A DNA stretch of 64,000 nt from an uncultured delta proteobacterium (GCA_963828255.1 CAWHDZ010000023.1:1-64000), one strand, 5' to 3'; positions 41,343 through 52,509 are shown, numbered from the stretch's first letter. Numbers and translations: made by a program. The notes: generated by a model from the sequence alone, not told the origin.

Positions 41343-42703
41343 CAGGCTCTCCTGTCGCCGTGGCAGAACTTGAACTTGCGCCCGCCACCACAGGGGCAGG
41401 GCTGGTAGGGATCGCGCTGGGCGTCCTCCCCGGCCACCCACGCCATCACCTCGGCCGGCGCCTTCCGGCTCCGGAGCAGGTTCGCCATCACCTGCATCGC
41501 AGGGCGCGTGTGCTGGAAGAAGGCCTCCAGCCCGGCGCACATGTAGTTGTGGCCCGGCTCGCCGTCGGCGGAGGTCGCGAAGCGATCCTTGGGGCATCCC
41601 CCGTTGCAGAGGAAGCGAACCTCGCAGCGCTGGCATTGCGCGGTGAGCCGGTCACGCTTGTCGTCGCCGAACCGGCGCAGCTTGGGCGAGGCCACGAGCT
41701 CGACGAGCGGGGTCTCGTGGATGTTGCCGAGTTCCTGGCCGGGCTCGACGAAGTGGTCGCAGGTGTAGAGGTCTCCGTTGTGCTCCAGCGCCGGGCCGTA
41801 GCCGCAGGTGGGGGCGTGGATGCACAGGAGGTGACGTCCGAAATGGGCCTCGAGGGTGACGTCGAAGAGCTGCACGTAGACGCTCCCCACGTCGCGACGG
41901 ACCCACTCCTCGAAGACGTCGACGAGGAAGCGGCCGTACTCCGCGCCGCCCACCGAGCGGCCGGTGACGAGTGCGCCGGTCTGCGTGTAGAGGGGGCGCT
42001 TCCCGCGGCCGGGCCGGTCGCTCCAGCCCTCGTTGGCGGCGCCGAGGGTCTCCTCGGTGGCGCGCTCGACGATGGGGATGAACTGGATCCACTGTGCCGA
42101 GAGCTCGTCCCGGAAGAAGCGGTAGACCTTCCGGCCATGCTCCTGGTTCGCGGCGTTGACCGTGCAGAGGACGTTGAAGGGGACGTCATGGGCGCGCAGG
42201 CGGCGCCAGCCCTCCAGGACGCGGTCGAAGGTGCCCTGGCCGCGCCGATCGAGCCGGTAGGCGTCGTGCAGCTCGCGCGGTCCGTCCACGCTCAAGCCCA
42301 CGAGGAAGTCGTGCTTCTTGAAGAAGGCGCACCATTCGTCGTCGAGGAGGATCCCGTTGGTCTGGAAGGTCTGCCGGACGACCTGTCCCGGCCGGCGGTG
42401 CTTCTCGACCAGCTCGACCGCGCGGGCGAAGAAGGGGAGCCCCATGAGCGTCGGCTCTCCCCCCTGCCAGGCCACCGTCACCTCGGGTGTCCGGTGGGCC
42501 TCCAGCAGCTGGCGGATGTAGGCCTCGAGGGTGGCCTCGGACATCCGCTGCTTGTCGCCGGGATAGAGCGCATCCTTGGACAGGAAGAAGCAGTAGGTGC
42601 AGTCGATGTTGCAGGTGGACCCGCTCGGCTTGGCCAGGAGGTGGAACGCCGGCGGCGAGAGCGCCGACGGGATCTGGACCGGTGCGGCGGGCTCGACGGA
42701 CAT
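41342..42703 (-). CDS. Anaerobic sulfatase-maturating radical SAM enzyme (anSME) with SEC-C motif
   Basis: CNIDCTYC, WQGGEPTL, SPASM cysteines (CDHFV, CQRC..CNGGCPK), C-terminal CPCGGGRKFKFCHG. Confidence 0.95.
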   Translation of the reverse strand: MSVEPAAPVQIPSALSPPAFHLLAKPSGSTCNIDCTYCFFLSKDALYPGDKQRMSEATLEAYIRQLLEAHRTPEVTVAWQGGEPTLMGLPFFARAVELVEKHRRPGQVVRQTFQTNGILLDDEWCAFFKKHDFLVGLSVDGPRELHDAYRLDRRGQGTFDRVLEGWRRLRAHDVPFNVLCTVNAANQEHGRKVYRFFRDELSAQWIQFIPIVERATEETLGAANEGWSDRPGRGKRPLYTQTGALVTGRSVGGAEYGRFLVDVFEEWVRRDVGSVYVQLFDVTLEAHFGRHLLCIHAPTCGYGPALEHNGDLYTCDHFVEPGQELGNIHETPLVELVASPKLRRFGDDKRDRLTAQCQRCEVRFLCNGGCPKDRFATSADGEPGHNYMCAGLEAFFQHTRPAMQVMANLLRSRKAPAEVMAWVAGEDAQRDPYQPCPCGGGRKFKFCHGDRRA

Positions 42704-42786
42704 GCGCGGGGCCTCGAGGGAACGACGCGACGACCGGACCGGAGTCCGGCCGCCGCGCCAGTGTTTTCACGGACCGCGAAGGCGGC

Positions 42787-44280
42787 TCAGTGGCTCGCGC
42801 CGCCGCCCGCTTCCTCCAGCTTGGCCATCAGCGAGTCCAGGTTGAACGACGCCGGCTTCTGGCGCGGCGGGAACTTCTTGAAGTTCTCCACCTGCTGGGC
42901 CACGACCGCCTGCATCGCGTAGATCAGGTAGGCGTGGGAGATCATCCAGTCGTAGTAGGTGTTCGAGTTCTCGTCGGCCCTCTCGAACGGGTCGCGCCGG
43001 AGGTTGAACATCTTCGGGATCCGCAGCGGCACGAAGGGCTCCACCCAGCACTGCAGCTGCTTGGCCCGCTGCTCCAGGAACACTCCCTTCCAGTCGCCCC
43101 ACCGGATCGCCATGATGTCCCCGTCGTCGCTGATGTAGAAGAACGACTGCCTGGGGCTCTCCTTCGCCTCTCCGGTCAGGTACGGCAGCATGTTGAAGCC
43201 GTCGAGGTGGACCTTGTAGGTCCTGTCGCCGATCTTGTGCCCCTCGAGCAGCTTCTCCTTGATGTTCGGCTCTCCCGCGGCGGCCAGGAAGGTCGGCAGC
43301 CAGTCCTGGTGGCTGACGATGCCGTTCACCACCGAGCCCGCCTTGATCTTCCCCGGCCAGCGAAGGAAGCACGGGACCCGCCATCCACCTTCCCAGTTGG
43401 TGTTCTTCTCGGATCGGAAGGGCGTGATGCCGGCGTCCGGCCAGGTGTTGTAGTGGACGCCGTTGTCGGTCGAGTACATCACGATGGTGTTCTCGGCGAT
43501 CCCGAGCTCATCGAGCTTGTTCAGCATCCGGCCGATGTTCTCGTCGTGCGCGACCATCACGTCGTTGTAGTCCCCCTGGCCGCTCTTGCCCTTGTGCTTC
43601 TCGGCGCAGTGGGTCCGGAAGTGCATCGCCGTGGTGTTGTACCAGAGGAAGAAGGGCTTCTCGGCCTTGTGCTGCTGGTCGATGAACCGCAGAGCGTGCT
43701 CGGTCACCTCCTCGTCGACCGTCTCCATCCGCTTCTTCGTCAGCGGTCCGGTGTCCTCGATCTTCTGGCCACCCTTGCCGTCCGCCCAGCAGTGGAGGAC
43801 GCCCCGCGGTCCGAACTTCTTCTTGAACTCGGGATTCTTCGGGTAGTCCGGGTCCTCGGGCTCCTCCTCCGCGTTGAGGTGGTAGAGGTTGCCGAAGAAC
43901 TCGTCGAATCCGTGCATCGTCGGCAGGAACTCGTCCTTGTCGCCGAGGTGGTTCTTGCCGAACTGGCCGGTCGCGTAGCCGAGCGGCTTCAGGAGTTCGG
44001 CGATGGTCGGGTCCTCCTTCTGGAGCCCCGAGTCGGCGCCGGGCATTCCCACCTTGGTCAGCCCGGTGCGGAGGGGGTTCTGGCCGGTGATGAAGGCGGA
44101 GCGCCCCGCGGTGCAGCTCTGCTGGGCGTAGTAGTCGGTGAAGGCCACGCCCTCGTTGCCCACGCGATCGATGTTGGGCGTCCGGTAGCCCATCTGCCCC
44201 CGGTTGTTGTAGCTGATGTTCCACCAGCCCACGTCGTCGCCCCAGAGAACGAGGATGTTTGGCTTGCCTGTCTTGGCCAT
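42787..44280 (-). CDS. Arylsulfatase (Cys-type formylglycine sulfatase)
   Basis: KPNIL..DD, SCTAGRSAFITG motif, GKNHLG, TDNG; no signal peptide. Confidence 0.95.
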   Translation of the reverse strand: MAKTGKPNILVLWGDDVGWWNISYNNRGQMGYRTPNIDRVGNEGVAFTDYYAQQSCTAGRSAFITGQNPLRTGLTKVGMPGADSGLQKEDPTIAELLKPLGYATGQFGKNHLGDKDEFLPTMHGFDEFFGNLYHLNAEEEPEDPDYPKNPEFKKKFGPRGVLHCWADGKGGQKIEDTGPLTKKRMETVDEEVTEHALRFIDQQHKAEKPFFLWYNTTAMHFRTHCAEKHKGKSGQGDYNDVMVAHDENIGRMLNKLDELGIAENTIVMYSTDNGVHYNTWPDAGITPFRSEKNTNWEGGWRVPCFLRWPGKIKAGSVVNGIVSHQDWLPTFLAAAGEPNIKEKLLEGHKIGDRTYKVHLDGFNMLPYLTGEAKESPRQSFFYISDDGDIMAIRWGDWKGVFLEQRAKQLQCWVEPFVPLRIPKMFNLRRDPFERADENSNTYYDWMISHAYLIYAMQAVVAQQVENFKKFPPRQKPASFNLDSLMAKLEEAGGGASH

Positions 44281-44335
44281 CGATCGGTTCCTTTCCGTCT
44301 TCGTTGGTCACCGCGCTTCGTCGCTGCTTCCGCTG

Positions 44336-45160
44336 CTAGAAGAACATGCTCCTCGGGAGGAGGAGGGTGGCGGTCAGCCGGACCGACCAGCTCGGGCCCA
44401 GGTCGGGCCGGATCGCGTGGTAGTAGGCCTGGCCGGTGAGGTTGAAGGGAAGGGGGCCGATCCATACGATGCGCCCGCCGCCGGCGCCGAACGGGACGTC
44501 CCACCTCTGCGAGGAGGGCGCCTCCCAGTTCGCGGTGATGATCGGACCCGTCGTCAGGTACCAGCCGCTCTGGAAGTTGTAGTTCACGAAGTACTGGAGC
44601 AGGAAGGTGTTCGCCTTGGCCCCCGCGACCGACCAGATATTGTTCACGAGCGCGCCGACCACCCAGGGACCGGGCATGGCCACGACCACGGCGGAGGGTC
44701 CGAGCCCCCACGTGGACTGGGACCCGAGCAGGGGCGAGGTCGCGGTCGGGAAGGTGGCCACTGGACCGGCGCCCCAGATCACCGCCCCGGGGCGGGCGGG
44801 AGACAGGAAGGCGGTGGCCGTCAGGTTTCCGAGCCCCGTCGTGCTCCCGTCGCCCGTGAAGTTGGGCATGGTCACGATGGGCAGGATCGTCCGGGAGATG
44901 AGGTTCAGGTCCGGGGTGAGGTGGAACGGGACGACCGGCTGGATGTTGAGGACGTTCGCGACCTCCTTCTGCGGGCCGACGCCGAAGAGGATGATGTTCT
45001 GGAAGGGGACGCTGATCAGATCGGAGACCGGGTTCTGGGCCGCGGTGGCCAGTTCCTCGTCGGTCGGGTTCGGCGGGAGGATCGGGTCGCCGGCGCGGGC
45101 GGTCGCGGTAGCGAGCACTGCGGCGAGCATGGCGCCTATCCGTCGTCCCTTTGCACGCAT
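44336..45160 (-). CDS. Putative outer-membrane transporter (MetA-pathway-like barrel)
   Basis: Signal peptide, QNPVSDLISVPFQ, NIQPVVPF, QYFVNYN, WDVPFGAG; upstream of the sulfatase; start uncertain. Confidence 0.7.
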   Translation of the reverse strand: MRAKGRRIGAMLAAVLATATARAGDPILPPNPTDEELATAAQNPVSDLISVPFQNIILFGVGPQKEVANVLNIQPVVPFHLTPDLNLISRTILPIVTMPNFTGDGSTTGLGNLTATAFLSPARPGAVIWGAGPVATFPTATSPLLGSQSTWGLGPSAVVVAMPGPWVVGALVNNIWSVAGAKANTFLLQYFVNYNFQSGWYLTTGPIITANWEAPSSQRWDVPFGAGGGRIVWIGPLPFNLTGQAYYHAIRPDLGPSWSVRLTATLLLPRSMFF

Positions 45161-45329
45161 CGATGCCCCCATCCCACGGGTCCCCGAACGATTTCGAAGG
45201 AACACGGGAAGGCTAGTGCGGCACGTCCGGGGAGTCCAGGGATTATCAAGCCAACCGCGGCGCGGCGGGCGCGTCCCCACCCCGGTACTCGACCGCCGGA
45301 CGGGCATCGCCTATGTAGGGAGGGTGTCC

Positions 45330-46103
45330 ATGATGCCGAAGCGAACCTGGATGATCGGTGGGCTGGCCGTCGTGGCGGTCGCAGCGGCGTTCCTGCTTCC
45401 GGCGATGCCCCAGCCGCCCGCCTACCACGACTTCGCCGACTCCCGGTCCATGCTCGGGGTGGCCAACTTCCTCGACGTGACCTCCAATGCAGCATTCCTG
45501 CTGGTGGGGGTGGCGGGCATGGTGGTTGCGTTCCTCCCGCGCACCCGGCTCGCCACGGGCTCGGAGCGGCTCCTTTACGCCGTCTTCTTCGCCGGGATGG
45601 TGCTGACCGCGGGAGGGTCGGCCTACTATCACCTGGCCCCGGACAACGAGACGCTGTTCTGGGATCGGCTGCCCATGACCATCTCGTTCATGGCGCTGGT
45701 GGCCGCGCAGGTCGCCGAACGCATCAGCCTGAGGGCCGGGGTGATCCTGCTCGCTCCCATGCTGCTCGTTGGCGTGGGCTCGGTCGTCTACTGGCGCGAG
45801 ACGGAGAGGGCGGGCGCCGGAAACGTGACCCCCTACGGCATCCTCCAGGCCTTCTCCGTCCTGGTCATGCTGGTGATGGCGATGCTCCCGTCGCGATACA
45901 CGCGCGGAAACGATGTCTACAAGATCTTCGCCGCCTACGTGGCGGCGAAGATCCTGGAAGCGCTCGACTGGCAGATCCTGGACGCGACCGGGGTCAGCGG
46001 CCACACCTTGAAACATTTCGCTGCGGCCCTGGCCGGGTACTTCGTCCTGAGGATGATCGCGCTGCGGAGCCCGGTGGAGCCCCCACTCAGAGCGCGGCGA
46101 TGA
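45330..46103 (+). CDS. Ceramidase-like (CREST family) membrane protein
   Basis: YHDFADSR, SNAAF, SAYYH, WDRLPM, SGHTLKH. Confidence 0.8.
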   Translation: MMPKRTWMIGGLAVVAVAAAFLLPAMPQPPAYHDFADSRSMLGVANFLDVTSNAAFLLVGVAGMVVAFLPRTRLATGSERLLYAVFFAGMVLTAGGSAYYHLAPDNETLFWDRLPMTISFMALVAAQVAERISLRAGVILLAPMLLVGVGSVVYWRETERAGAGNVTPYGILQAFSVLVMLVMAMLPSRYTRGNDVYKIFAAYVAAKILEALDWQILDATGVSGHTLKHFAAALAGYFVLRMIALRSPVEPPLRARR

Positions 46104-46668
46104 CGGCCAGCATCCACTGGGGCGACGGTGCGGCCAGCGGGTCGGCGGCCGAACCGGTGAACCGGAAGTTGGTGGCCCCGCCCGCCTGGTTGACCTGGCG
46201 CCAGTTGCCGTCCGCGTCACGGGTGGCGTTGAAGCTGCGCTGGCCGGCTTGCGCGTCGATGGACGTCCTGGTCGCGATGATCCGCACACGGGCTCCGGCG
46301 GCCGTCCCCTGGACGGAGAGGCGTTCGGCCTCGCGGGCCACGGTCAGGGTCACTCCGGCGCCCGAGATTCGCGTGGGGGTGACCTGGAGCCGGACGGACT
46401 GGCCGGAGAGCCTCCCGGCCCAGCGGCCGTCGCTCGCGAGTGTCAGGTTGGTGTTGGGGCCGCGCACCCGCGTCGCATCGTAGGACGCGGAGAGGCGGAT
46501 CCGGATCTCGCCTGCCGGCACGTATTCGGGCTCCGCGGCCTGCGGGGCCGGAGCGGCCTTCGGCGCCGCCACGGCGGCGGCGTCGGGCTTCGCCGCTGGG
46601 GTCTGTGCGGTCACGGGCAGCGCCGATATCGCAAGTGCGAGGGCGAGGAACGAACGGGTCGGATTCAT
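46087..46668 (-). CDS. Secreted beta-rich hypothetical protein (paralog of 52510-53082)
   Basis: Signal peptide, SD AAGGAG, RVRGP/RISG/RVRI repeats. Confidence 0.8.
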   Translation of the reverse strand: MNPTRSFLALALAISALPVTAQTPAAKPDAAAVAAPKAAPAPQAAEPEYVPAGEIRIRLSASYDATRVRGPNTNLTLASDGRWAGRLSGQSVRLQVTPTRISGAGVTLTVAREAERLSVQGTAAGARVRIIATRTSIDAQAGQRSFNATRDADGNWRQVNQAGGATNFRFTGSAADPLAAPSPQWMLAVIAAL

Positions 46669-46786
46669 GGAGATCTCCTTGCTCGTCAGGTCGGGTGTCG
46701 TGATTCCCTTCGGCATTCCAGGTTGGTCAAGACACGTCTGGTTATATATTGTGCCCTCGGCAACACCACCCACGAAGGGAAGAAAA

Positions 46787-47420
46787 ATGAACCGCCTCGT
46801 CCGAATCGCCACTCTCGCCTGCGCGCTCGCCGTCGCCTCCCCCGCGAGCGCCCAGTTCACCTTCACGCAGCCGGGCCAGCAGCCCCAGCCGGTTCAGCAA
46901 CTCCAGGTCTGGAACAACGTCGCCCGCGTGAACCTGGGCGTCAGCTTCTACAACTCGAGCTACTGGAACTGCTTCTACTGGGGCTGGACGGTCAGTCTGC
47001 AGCGGGGGCTCCTGGGCGAGCTACATCCCCTTCACGGTCGGTCCGCAGATCGACCTCAACCTGCAGGGGATGAACAACATCAGCGTCGGGTTCAACGTGC
47101 TGATGGGAACCGTCTCGGGCCAGCTCCCCACCGGGCAGAACGCCTCGGCGAACGCGACCGTCTGGCAGCCGACCCTCGACTACGTCGCCAAGTTCGGGCC
47201 GTCCACGCAGGACACGGTGGGCCGGTTCCGCATCGGCGGCGGCATGTACTTCGGCCCCAACGGCACGTACGGCGGGGCCTTCCGCATCGGCGGCGGCGCC
47301 TCCTTCCTGAACGCGAACCGGCTCGGCATCGGCCTGGACCTCGTGCTGGAGGCTGGCAGCTACGAGGGCTACTGGATCGGCGGCCTCCAGCTGCTGGCCT
47401 CACCCGAGTTCCATTTCTGA
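46787..47420 (+). pseudogene. Small outer-membrane beta-barrel, frameshifted near 46990
   Basis: Signal peptide MNRLVRIA..ASAQ; other frame continues VCSGGSWASYIPF..SPEFHF with terminal Phe. Confidence 0.7.
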
Positions 47421-47436
47421 TCTGGCTCGAGCCGTG

Positions 47437-47477
47437 AAGCACGGAGCCGGTCCTGACGGGGCCGGCTCCTTGCTTTT
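47437..47477. terminator. Hairpin terminator between convergent genes
   Basis: GGAGCCGGTCC/GGGGCCGGCTCC stem flanked by AAGCA and TTGCTTTT. Confidence 0.75.
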
Positions 47478-47503
47478 CCGGGCTCGCCAACCGCGGGATG
47501 GCT

Positions 47504-49926
47504 TCAGCGTCGGCCGCCCGCTCCACCGCCTGCCGGAGCGGCTCGCGCCGGCTGGGGTGCGGCTCGCTGGGCTGGGGTGCGGGTCTCGCTGGCTGGGGGG
47601 CTGCGCGCTGGGGTGCGCTTCGCTGGCGGGCCGCCGCATCCTGGCCAAGGCCGGCCGGTGCCGACCCGCCCCGGTTCTGCCCCGGGGGTGGCGCCTGGCG
47701 GGTCGGCTGACCGGTCGGCTGCCGGTTCGGCTGGCCGGTCGGCTGGCCGGGGGCCGGTCGGGGCGTCTGCCCCTGGTTCTGCCCCGGGCTCTGCGGCTGT
47801 GGCCGCCCACCCGTCCCTGGCGCGGGAGTGGGCGTGGGACGCTGCGGCTCCCATCCCTGCCGGGTGTTCCGGTCCCAGTTGCCCCGGTCGTTCTGGCGGT
47901 AGACGTTGCCGGACCGGTCGGCGAACACGTTGTTGGGCCGGTCCACCGGCTGCGGCGTCGGCCGTGGGGCCTGCGCCACCGGGCGCTCGGCGTTGCGCGG
48001 GCGATTCTGGGCCTGGTTGTAGATGTTGCTCCCGGGGCGCTGGCCCTGCGGGACGCCGGGGCGGGCTCCGGCGGCAGGCGGCCGGGCCACCGGGGCCTGG
48101 GGCCTCGGGGGCGGCGGGCGGGAGACGGGCGGGGGCCGGGCGCCGGGCGGCGGACGACGAACCGGAGGGGGGGGAGGGCGGAAGCCCGGAGGCGGCCGGT
48201 GCCAGCCGTGCCGCGACGGCGGGACGATGAACACCGGACGGTACACGACCGGCCCCCACCATCCCGGCGGTCGCGGGCGGGGGCCCCACGCGGGGTGGAA
48301 GTGGATCCCGACCGTGAAGAACGGCGTCGCCGGGCTGACCACGAACCCGAATCCCGTCCAGGGGTTGTAGACCACGCGGACGCCGAAGGTGGTGGGGCGC
48401 GCGAAGAAGACGGTGGGGCCGATCCAGGGGCGGTAGACGAATCCGGTGCCGAAGACGACCACGCCGCGGTGGCGGTACACGCCCACGAAACCGGGAGTGT
48501 GCCCCACGAACACGACCTGGGGCGTCGACCGGTACACGTATACGTAACGCGTGTGGTAGATGTGGACCGTCGGCGGGACCTGGTCGATGTGTGGGGGGCG
48601 CTGGTCGGCCACCACGAACGGCCCTTCCGCGGCGGGCGCCGTGTACCAGACCCCCTGATCGCACGCCCAGTAACGGCCCGCGTCGAGGACCACCGCGTCG
48701 GGCGTGTTGATGGCGTACGACAGTTCGGTTCCCTCGATCTTCTGGAACTGGGGCGGTCCGTCGTACGCGGCCTGGAACTGCTGGTCCCTGCGAACCTCGG
48801 CGGTCTGCGGGATGAGCGAGTTGGCGACCGCCTCCGCGGCCTCCTCCGTGCCGGCCACGAAGGTGCGCACGTCGCCGATGTCCGACTCGGGCGGGATGTC
48901 GCCGAAGGGGCCGGGGAGCTCATCGGGGGGCACGTTCACCCAGGGTCCGTCGAGGGACGGGGCCCTGAACCACCGCCCGGAGGCCAGCACGTAGGTCTCG
49001 CCCGACTGCACGTCGACGAGCACGTGACTCTCGGTGTTGGCCACGTAGAGGAGGTAGGCTTCCTCCCCCACCGGCCGGTACTGCGGAGCGCCCTCGAACA
49101 CGAAGAGCTCGGTGGGCTCGGTGGCCACCACGATCCGGGGAGGCGAGGACGGCTCGAGCACGGCCTTCTCGGCCGCCTGCTCCTCCGGATTCCCCTCCAG
49201 CTCGATGGGCGGCGGGGGATTCCGGGCGAAGAAGGCGCTCACCGCCGGTGACGGCGCGGCCACCGGGGCGTACGGACCCGTGGCGGCGGGGGCCGCGTAC
49301 CAGAACTTCCCGCCCGACAGGTAGTAGGTCCGGGTGGCCGGATCGAACAGCACCAGCATGGGCGTGTTGACCACGCGCCGCAGGTCGGTCGAGTCGACCG
49401 GTCGCTCGATCGGGGCGCCGTCGATGACGAGCAGGACCGCCGGCTCCTGGGAGAAGACCATCCGCGGCGGCGTGAAGTCGAGCGCCTCCGACGTCTGGAT
49501 CTCCTGCTCGTTGACGGCGATGCTCGCCTCCAGCTCGAGGACCGAGAGGTGCAGGTCCCAGGTGGGGATCTCCCTCTCGAGGAGGGCCCGGCCCTGCTGT
49601 TCCTGCTCCTTGCTCATGTTGGCGAAGCGGACCCGCTGGACCTTCACATCCTGGAGGCCGACGTCCCCGGCGACCTTGTCGATGGAGACCCGGGCCTCCA
49701 CCCAGACGACGCCGAAGGCAGGAGGCCGGCCGTTCGGCGTCCAGGCGACGGCCGCCCGCGCGGCCAGCTGGTCACCCTTGAAGCTCTCGATCTGGGGCTG
49801 GAAGATCTCGACGGAGCCGTTCGCCACCCCGATGACGCGCGGCCAGGCGGTGGACGGAGCCGCCGGGGACTGGGCGAAGGCTGCTCCGGCGGCGAGGACG
49901 GCCAGGGCGATGGACAGGCGTTTCAT
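47504..49926 (-). CDS. Large secreted protein with Pro/Gln/Arg-rich tail; apparent frameshift near 47570
   Basis: Signal peptide MKRLSIAL; WPR..QPQIES, repeated W(Y/F)xAP..GP(Y/W/F) units, NNVFADRSGNVYR; AAPQPAR repeat resumes in another frame ending at 47504 just before the terminator. Confidence 0.8.
47545..47800 (-). repeat. Imperfect coding tandem repeats (QPTG/QPNR/QPTR and AAPQPAR units)
   Basis: 12-nt ggtcggctggcc-like units and repeated gctggggtgc. Confidence 0.6.
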
Positions 49927-50059
49927 GGGGCACCCGGAGGCTGGCGAGGACGGGGGGTGAGCTGGATCGGGCCACAATCTAACGTGGGCATCCGCTGGAG
50001 GGCACCAGGAATCGTCCCGAGGTGTGCGACGACGCCCGAGATGGTTAGAATCAGCCCCG

Positions 50060-51049
50060 ATGGGACAGTGCTCCGGGACGCTCCTCGCCATCCTCCTCGT
50101 GCTCGCCTCACCGGCTCCGGTCCGGGCGCAGGCGGAACCGGCCCACGTCCCGTCGGCGGCGGACGGACCGGTGAGCCATCGAGCCCTCGCCGGGCACCTG
50201 TTCGTTCCCTCCCACCTCGTGCAGGACCCCTTCTCGTACACCGCCGTGGGGCTGTTCTGGGGCGTGGGAGGCGGCGAGGCCATCGGGCCCACCCTGGACC
50301 TCGGGCCCCCGCCGCGTATCGATTTCGAGAACACCCGGTCCTACGGCGTCAACGGGCTCGGGATCGGCATGAACCTCGAGGCGAGGATCCTGGAGTGGAT
50401 CTCGGTCCACGCCTCGGCCGATGCCCAGGCCTACCTGGGGACCGGCAACCGCTCCCTCCTCGTCGTCGGCACGAGCGCCCAGCTCACCGGGCTGCTCGGC
50501 CTGAAGGGAAGCCTGCGGATCGGGGAACACGTGCGCCTGGCGGCGATCCTCGACGCGCAGTACGGTCCCGTGTTCACCGCGCTCGTCGTGCAGGGGCTCA
50601 TCGACGCCGTGAACAGCGGCCAGATCTCGCTCGACCAGTTCTACCAGGAGAGGAGGGCGCTCACGTGGATTCCCGCCCTCGCCGGCGCGTTCGCCCCGTT
50701 CCCGTTCGTCGGCGTCACCATGAACGTCCGGCTCCTCTTCCCCGACGGGTCCGGAAACGCCCAGTTCGCCTCGAGCGGGATCGCCTTCGCCGGCATGGTC
50801 GACCTGGACCTCCGGCCCCTCACGCCGTTCCTGCCCCTCGGGCTGAGCGGCGTCTATTCCGTCCTCTCGCCCCTCGGCGGAGCGCTGGCCACGACGCAGA
50901 ACTTCGGTCTCGGCGTCTACTACACGGGCGTCCCCGAGCTCGCGGCCGGGATCGAGATCGACTGGTGGCTGGGGCGGCTCGCCAGCCAGCAGGTGGCCAG
51001 TTTCACGTCGGCGTGGGTCAACCTCCGCTACTATTGGAACGGAAAATGA
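50060..51049 (+). CDS. Putative outer-membrane beta-barrel protein
   Basis: Signal peptide, alternating hydrophobic strands, C-terminal NLRYYW. Confidence 0.7.
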   Translation: MGQCSGTLLAILLVLASPAPVRAQAEPAHVPSAADGPVSHRALAGHLFVPSHLVQDPFSYTAVGLFWGVGGGEAIGPTLDLGPPPRIDFENTRSYGVNGLGIGMNLEARILEWISVHASADAQAYLGTGNRSLLVVGTSAQLTGLLGLKGSLRIGEHVRLAAILDAQYGPVFTALVVQGLIDAVNSGQISLDQFYQERRALTWIPALAGAFAPFPFVGVTMNVRLLFPDGSGNAQFASSGIAFAGMVDLDLRPLTPFLPLGLSGVYSVLSPLGGALATTQNFGLGVYYTGVPELAAGIEIDWWLGRLASQQVASFTSAWVNLRYYWNGK

Positions 51050-51501
51050 AATACGACGACCTAGGCGCCAGCGAGAAGATGGCCTCGCTGCGGACGAGCC
51101 TCTCCGTTCAGCGCACCCGCATGGCGGCCGAGCGCACCCTCATGGCCACCCTGCGCACGTCCCTCTCGCTCATCGGCTTCGGGTTCACGATCTTCTCCTT
51201 CTTCCAGGGGATCGCGAGCAGCAGCCAGGTCGTGAGTGGCGTCTTCCCGCCCCGGGCTCCGGCGCGATTCGGGCTGGCCCTCGTCTTCATCGGCGTCCTC
51301 GTCCTCCTCCTCGGCACCCTCTATCACTACCGGTACATGGTGCAGCTGCGCCGCCAGCGGGCCGAGTTCATCGAGTGCGGATACCTGCCGGGCACGAGTG
51401 CCTTCCCCTTTTCCATGTCGCTCCTCACCTCCTTCCTGCTCCTGCTGGTGGGGCTGGCGGCAATCCTGAGCATCATGCTCCGGGTGGGCCCGTTCAGCTG
51501 A
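51046..51501 (+). CDS. YidH/DUF202 membrane protein
   Basis: RTRMAAERTLMATLRTSLSLIGFG, 3 TMs. Confidence 0.9.
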   Translation: MKYDDLGASEKMASLRTSLSVQRTRMAAERTLMATLRTSLSLIGFGFTIFSFFQGIASSSQVVSGVFPPRAPARFGLALVFIGVLVLLLGTLYHYRYMVQLRRQRAEFIECGYLPGTSAFPFSMSLLTSFLLLLVGLAAILSIMLRVGPFS

Positions 51502-51556
51502 CGGCGCCGAAGCCCCGAGCACCAACGGAACCCGGATCACCCCCCGGAGATCGATC

Positions 51557-52433
51557 GTGGATCCTGCCACCATCCTGAAGCTCGTCCTGGTCCTCGGCGT
51601 CGTGCTGCTCGTGCTGGCGATCGGCCTCCGGGCCCGGCCGGACGATTCGCTGCTGCTCCTTCGCCGCCCGGACCTCGGCGTCCCGGCCCTGGCCACGATG
51701 TTCGTCCTGCAGCCGGCCTTCGTGCTCCTCGTCGTCTGGCTGCTCGATCTCCGGCAGGGGGTGGGCGCCGCGTTGCTGGGATTCGCGGTCGCGCCGGTGC
51801 TGCCTCCCTGGGCCAAGAAGGGGTACGCGCTGGGCGCCGCCTCCGGCTACGTCATCGGCCTCGAGGTCATGGCGACGGCCGCCTCGATCGTCGTCATTCC
51901 CGTCATGATCTGGATCGTGAACGGCGTGTTCGGAGTGCAGACCGCCGTGGACCCCTGGTCGGTCGAGCTGATGCTGCTCGTCACCATCGGCCTTCCGCTG
52001 GCGGTCGGGATGGGCCTCGGGAGGCTCCGGCCGGCGTCCGCCCCGCGCCTCGCCTTCCTCGCCGACCGGGTCGGCAGCGTGGTCCTCCTCCTCGGCGGGG
52101 TCGTCCTGCTCGTGGCCAGGTGGAGGGACATCTTCGCCGTCACCGGCCGGGGAACGATCGTCGTCAGCCTGGTGATCATCGGGTTCGGCTTGCTGGCGGG
52201 GCACCTCCTCGGAGGGCCCGACCGCGGCAAGCGCGGTGCGCTCGCGTCGGCGAACGTGTCGCGCCATCCTGGGGTGGCGCTCCTCCTCGGCTCGAGCCGC
52301 CTTTCCGGAGCACGTTCCGGCGGTGACCGGCGCCGTGCTGATCTACCTCATCGCCAGCATGGTCGCGCCCATTCCCTACGAGCGCTGGCTCAAGCGGACG
52401 GCGGCCGTTGGCGACCCGAAGGCCGCCGCGTAG
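51557..52433 (+). pseudogene. Bile acid:sodium symporter (BASS) family, frameshifted near 52295
   Basis: About 9 TMs, GHLLGGPD, SRHPGVAL; last TM (AFPEH..YLIAS..PYERW) is in another frame. Confidence 0.8.
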
Positions 52434-52438
52434 CGCTC

Positions 52439-52469
52439 CGGCCGGTTCCTCCGGGGGGCGGCCGTTTTC
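52439..52469 (+). terminator. Intrinsic terminator
   Basis: CGGCCG..CGGCCG GC stem followed by TTTT. Confidence 0.55.
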
Positions 52470-52509
52470 GTCCGTGCTACCATCGCGATCCAACGATCGG
52501 AGGCATTCC

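Noticed and set aside
47092..47503. C-terminal extension of the 1080-aa ORF
   Set aside because: Crosses a terminator and overlaps a convergent gene; better explained by a frameshift near 47570.
47545..48200. Repeats as a CRISPR array or mobile-element ends
   Set aside because: Short, imperfect, in-frame coding repeats without unique spacers; no cas or transposase genes.
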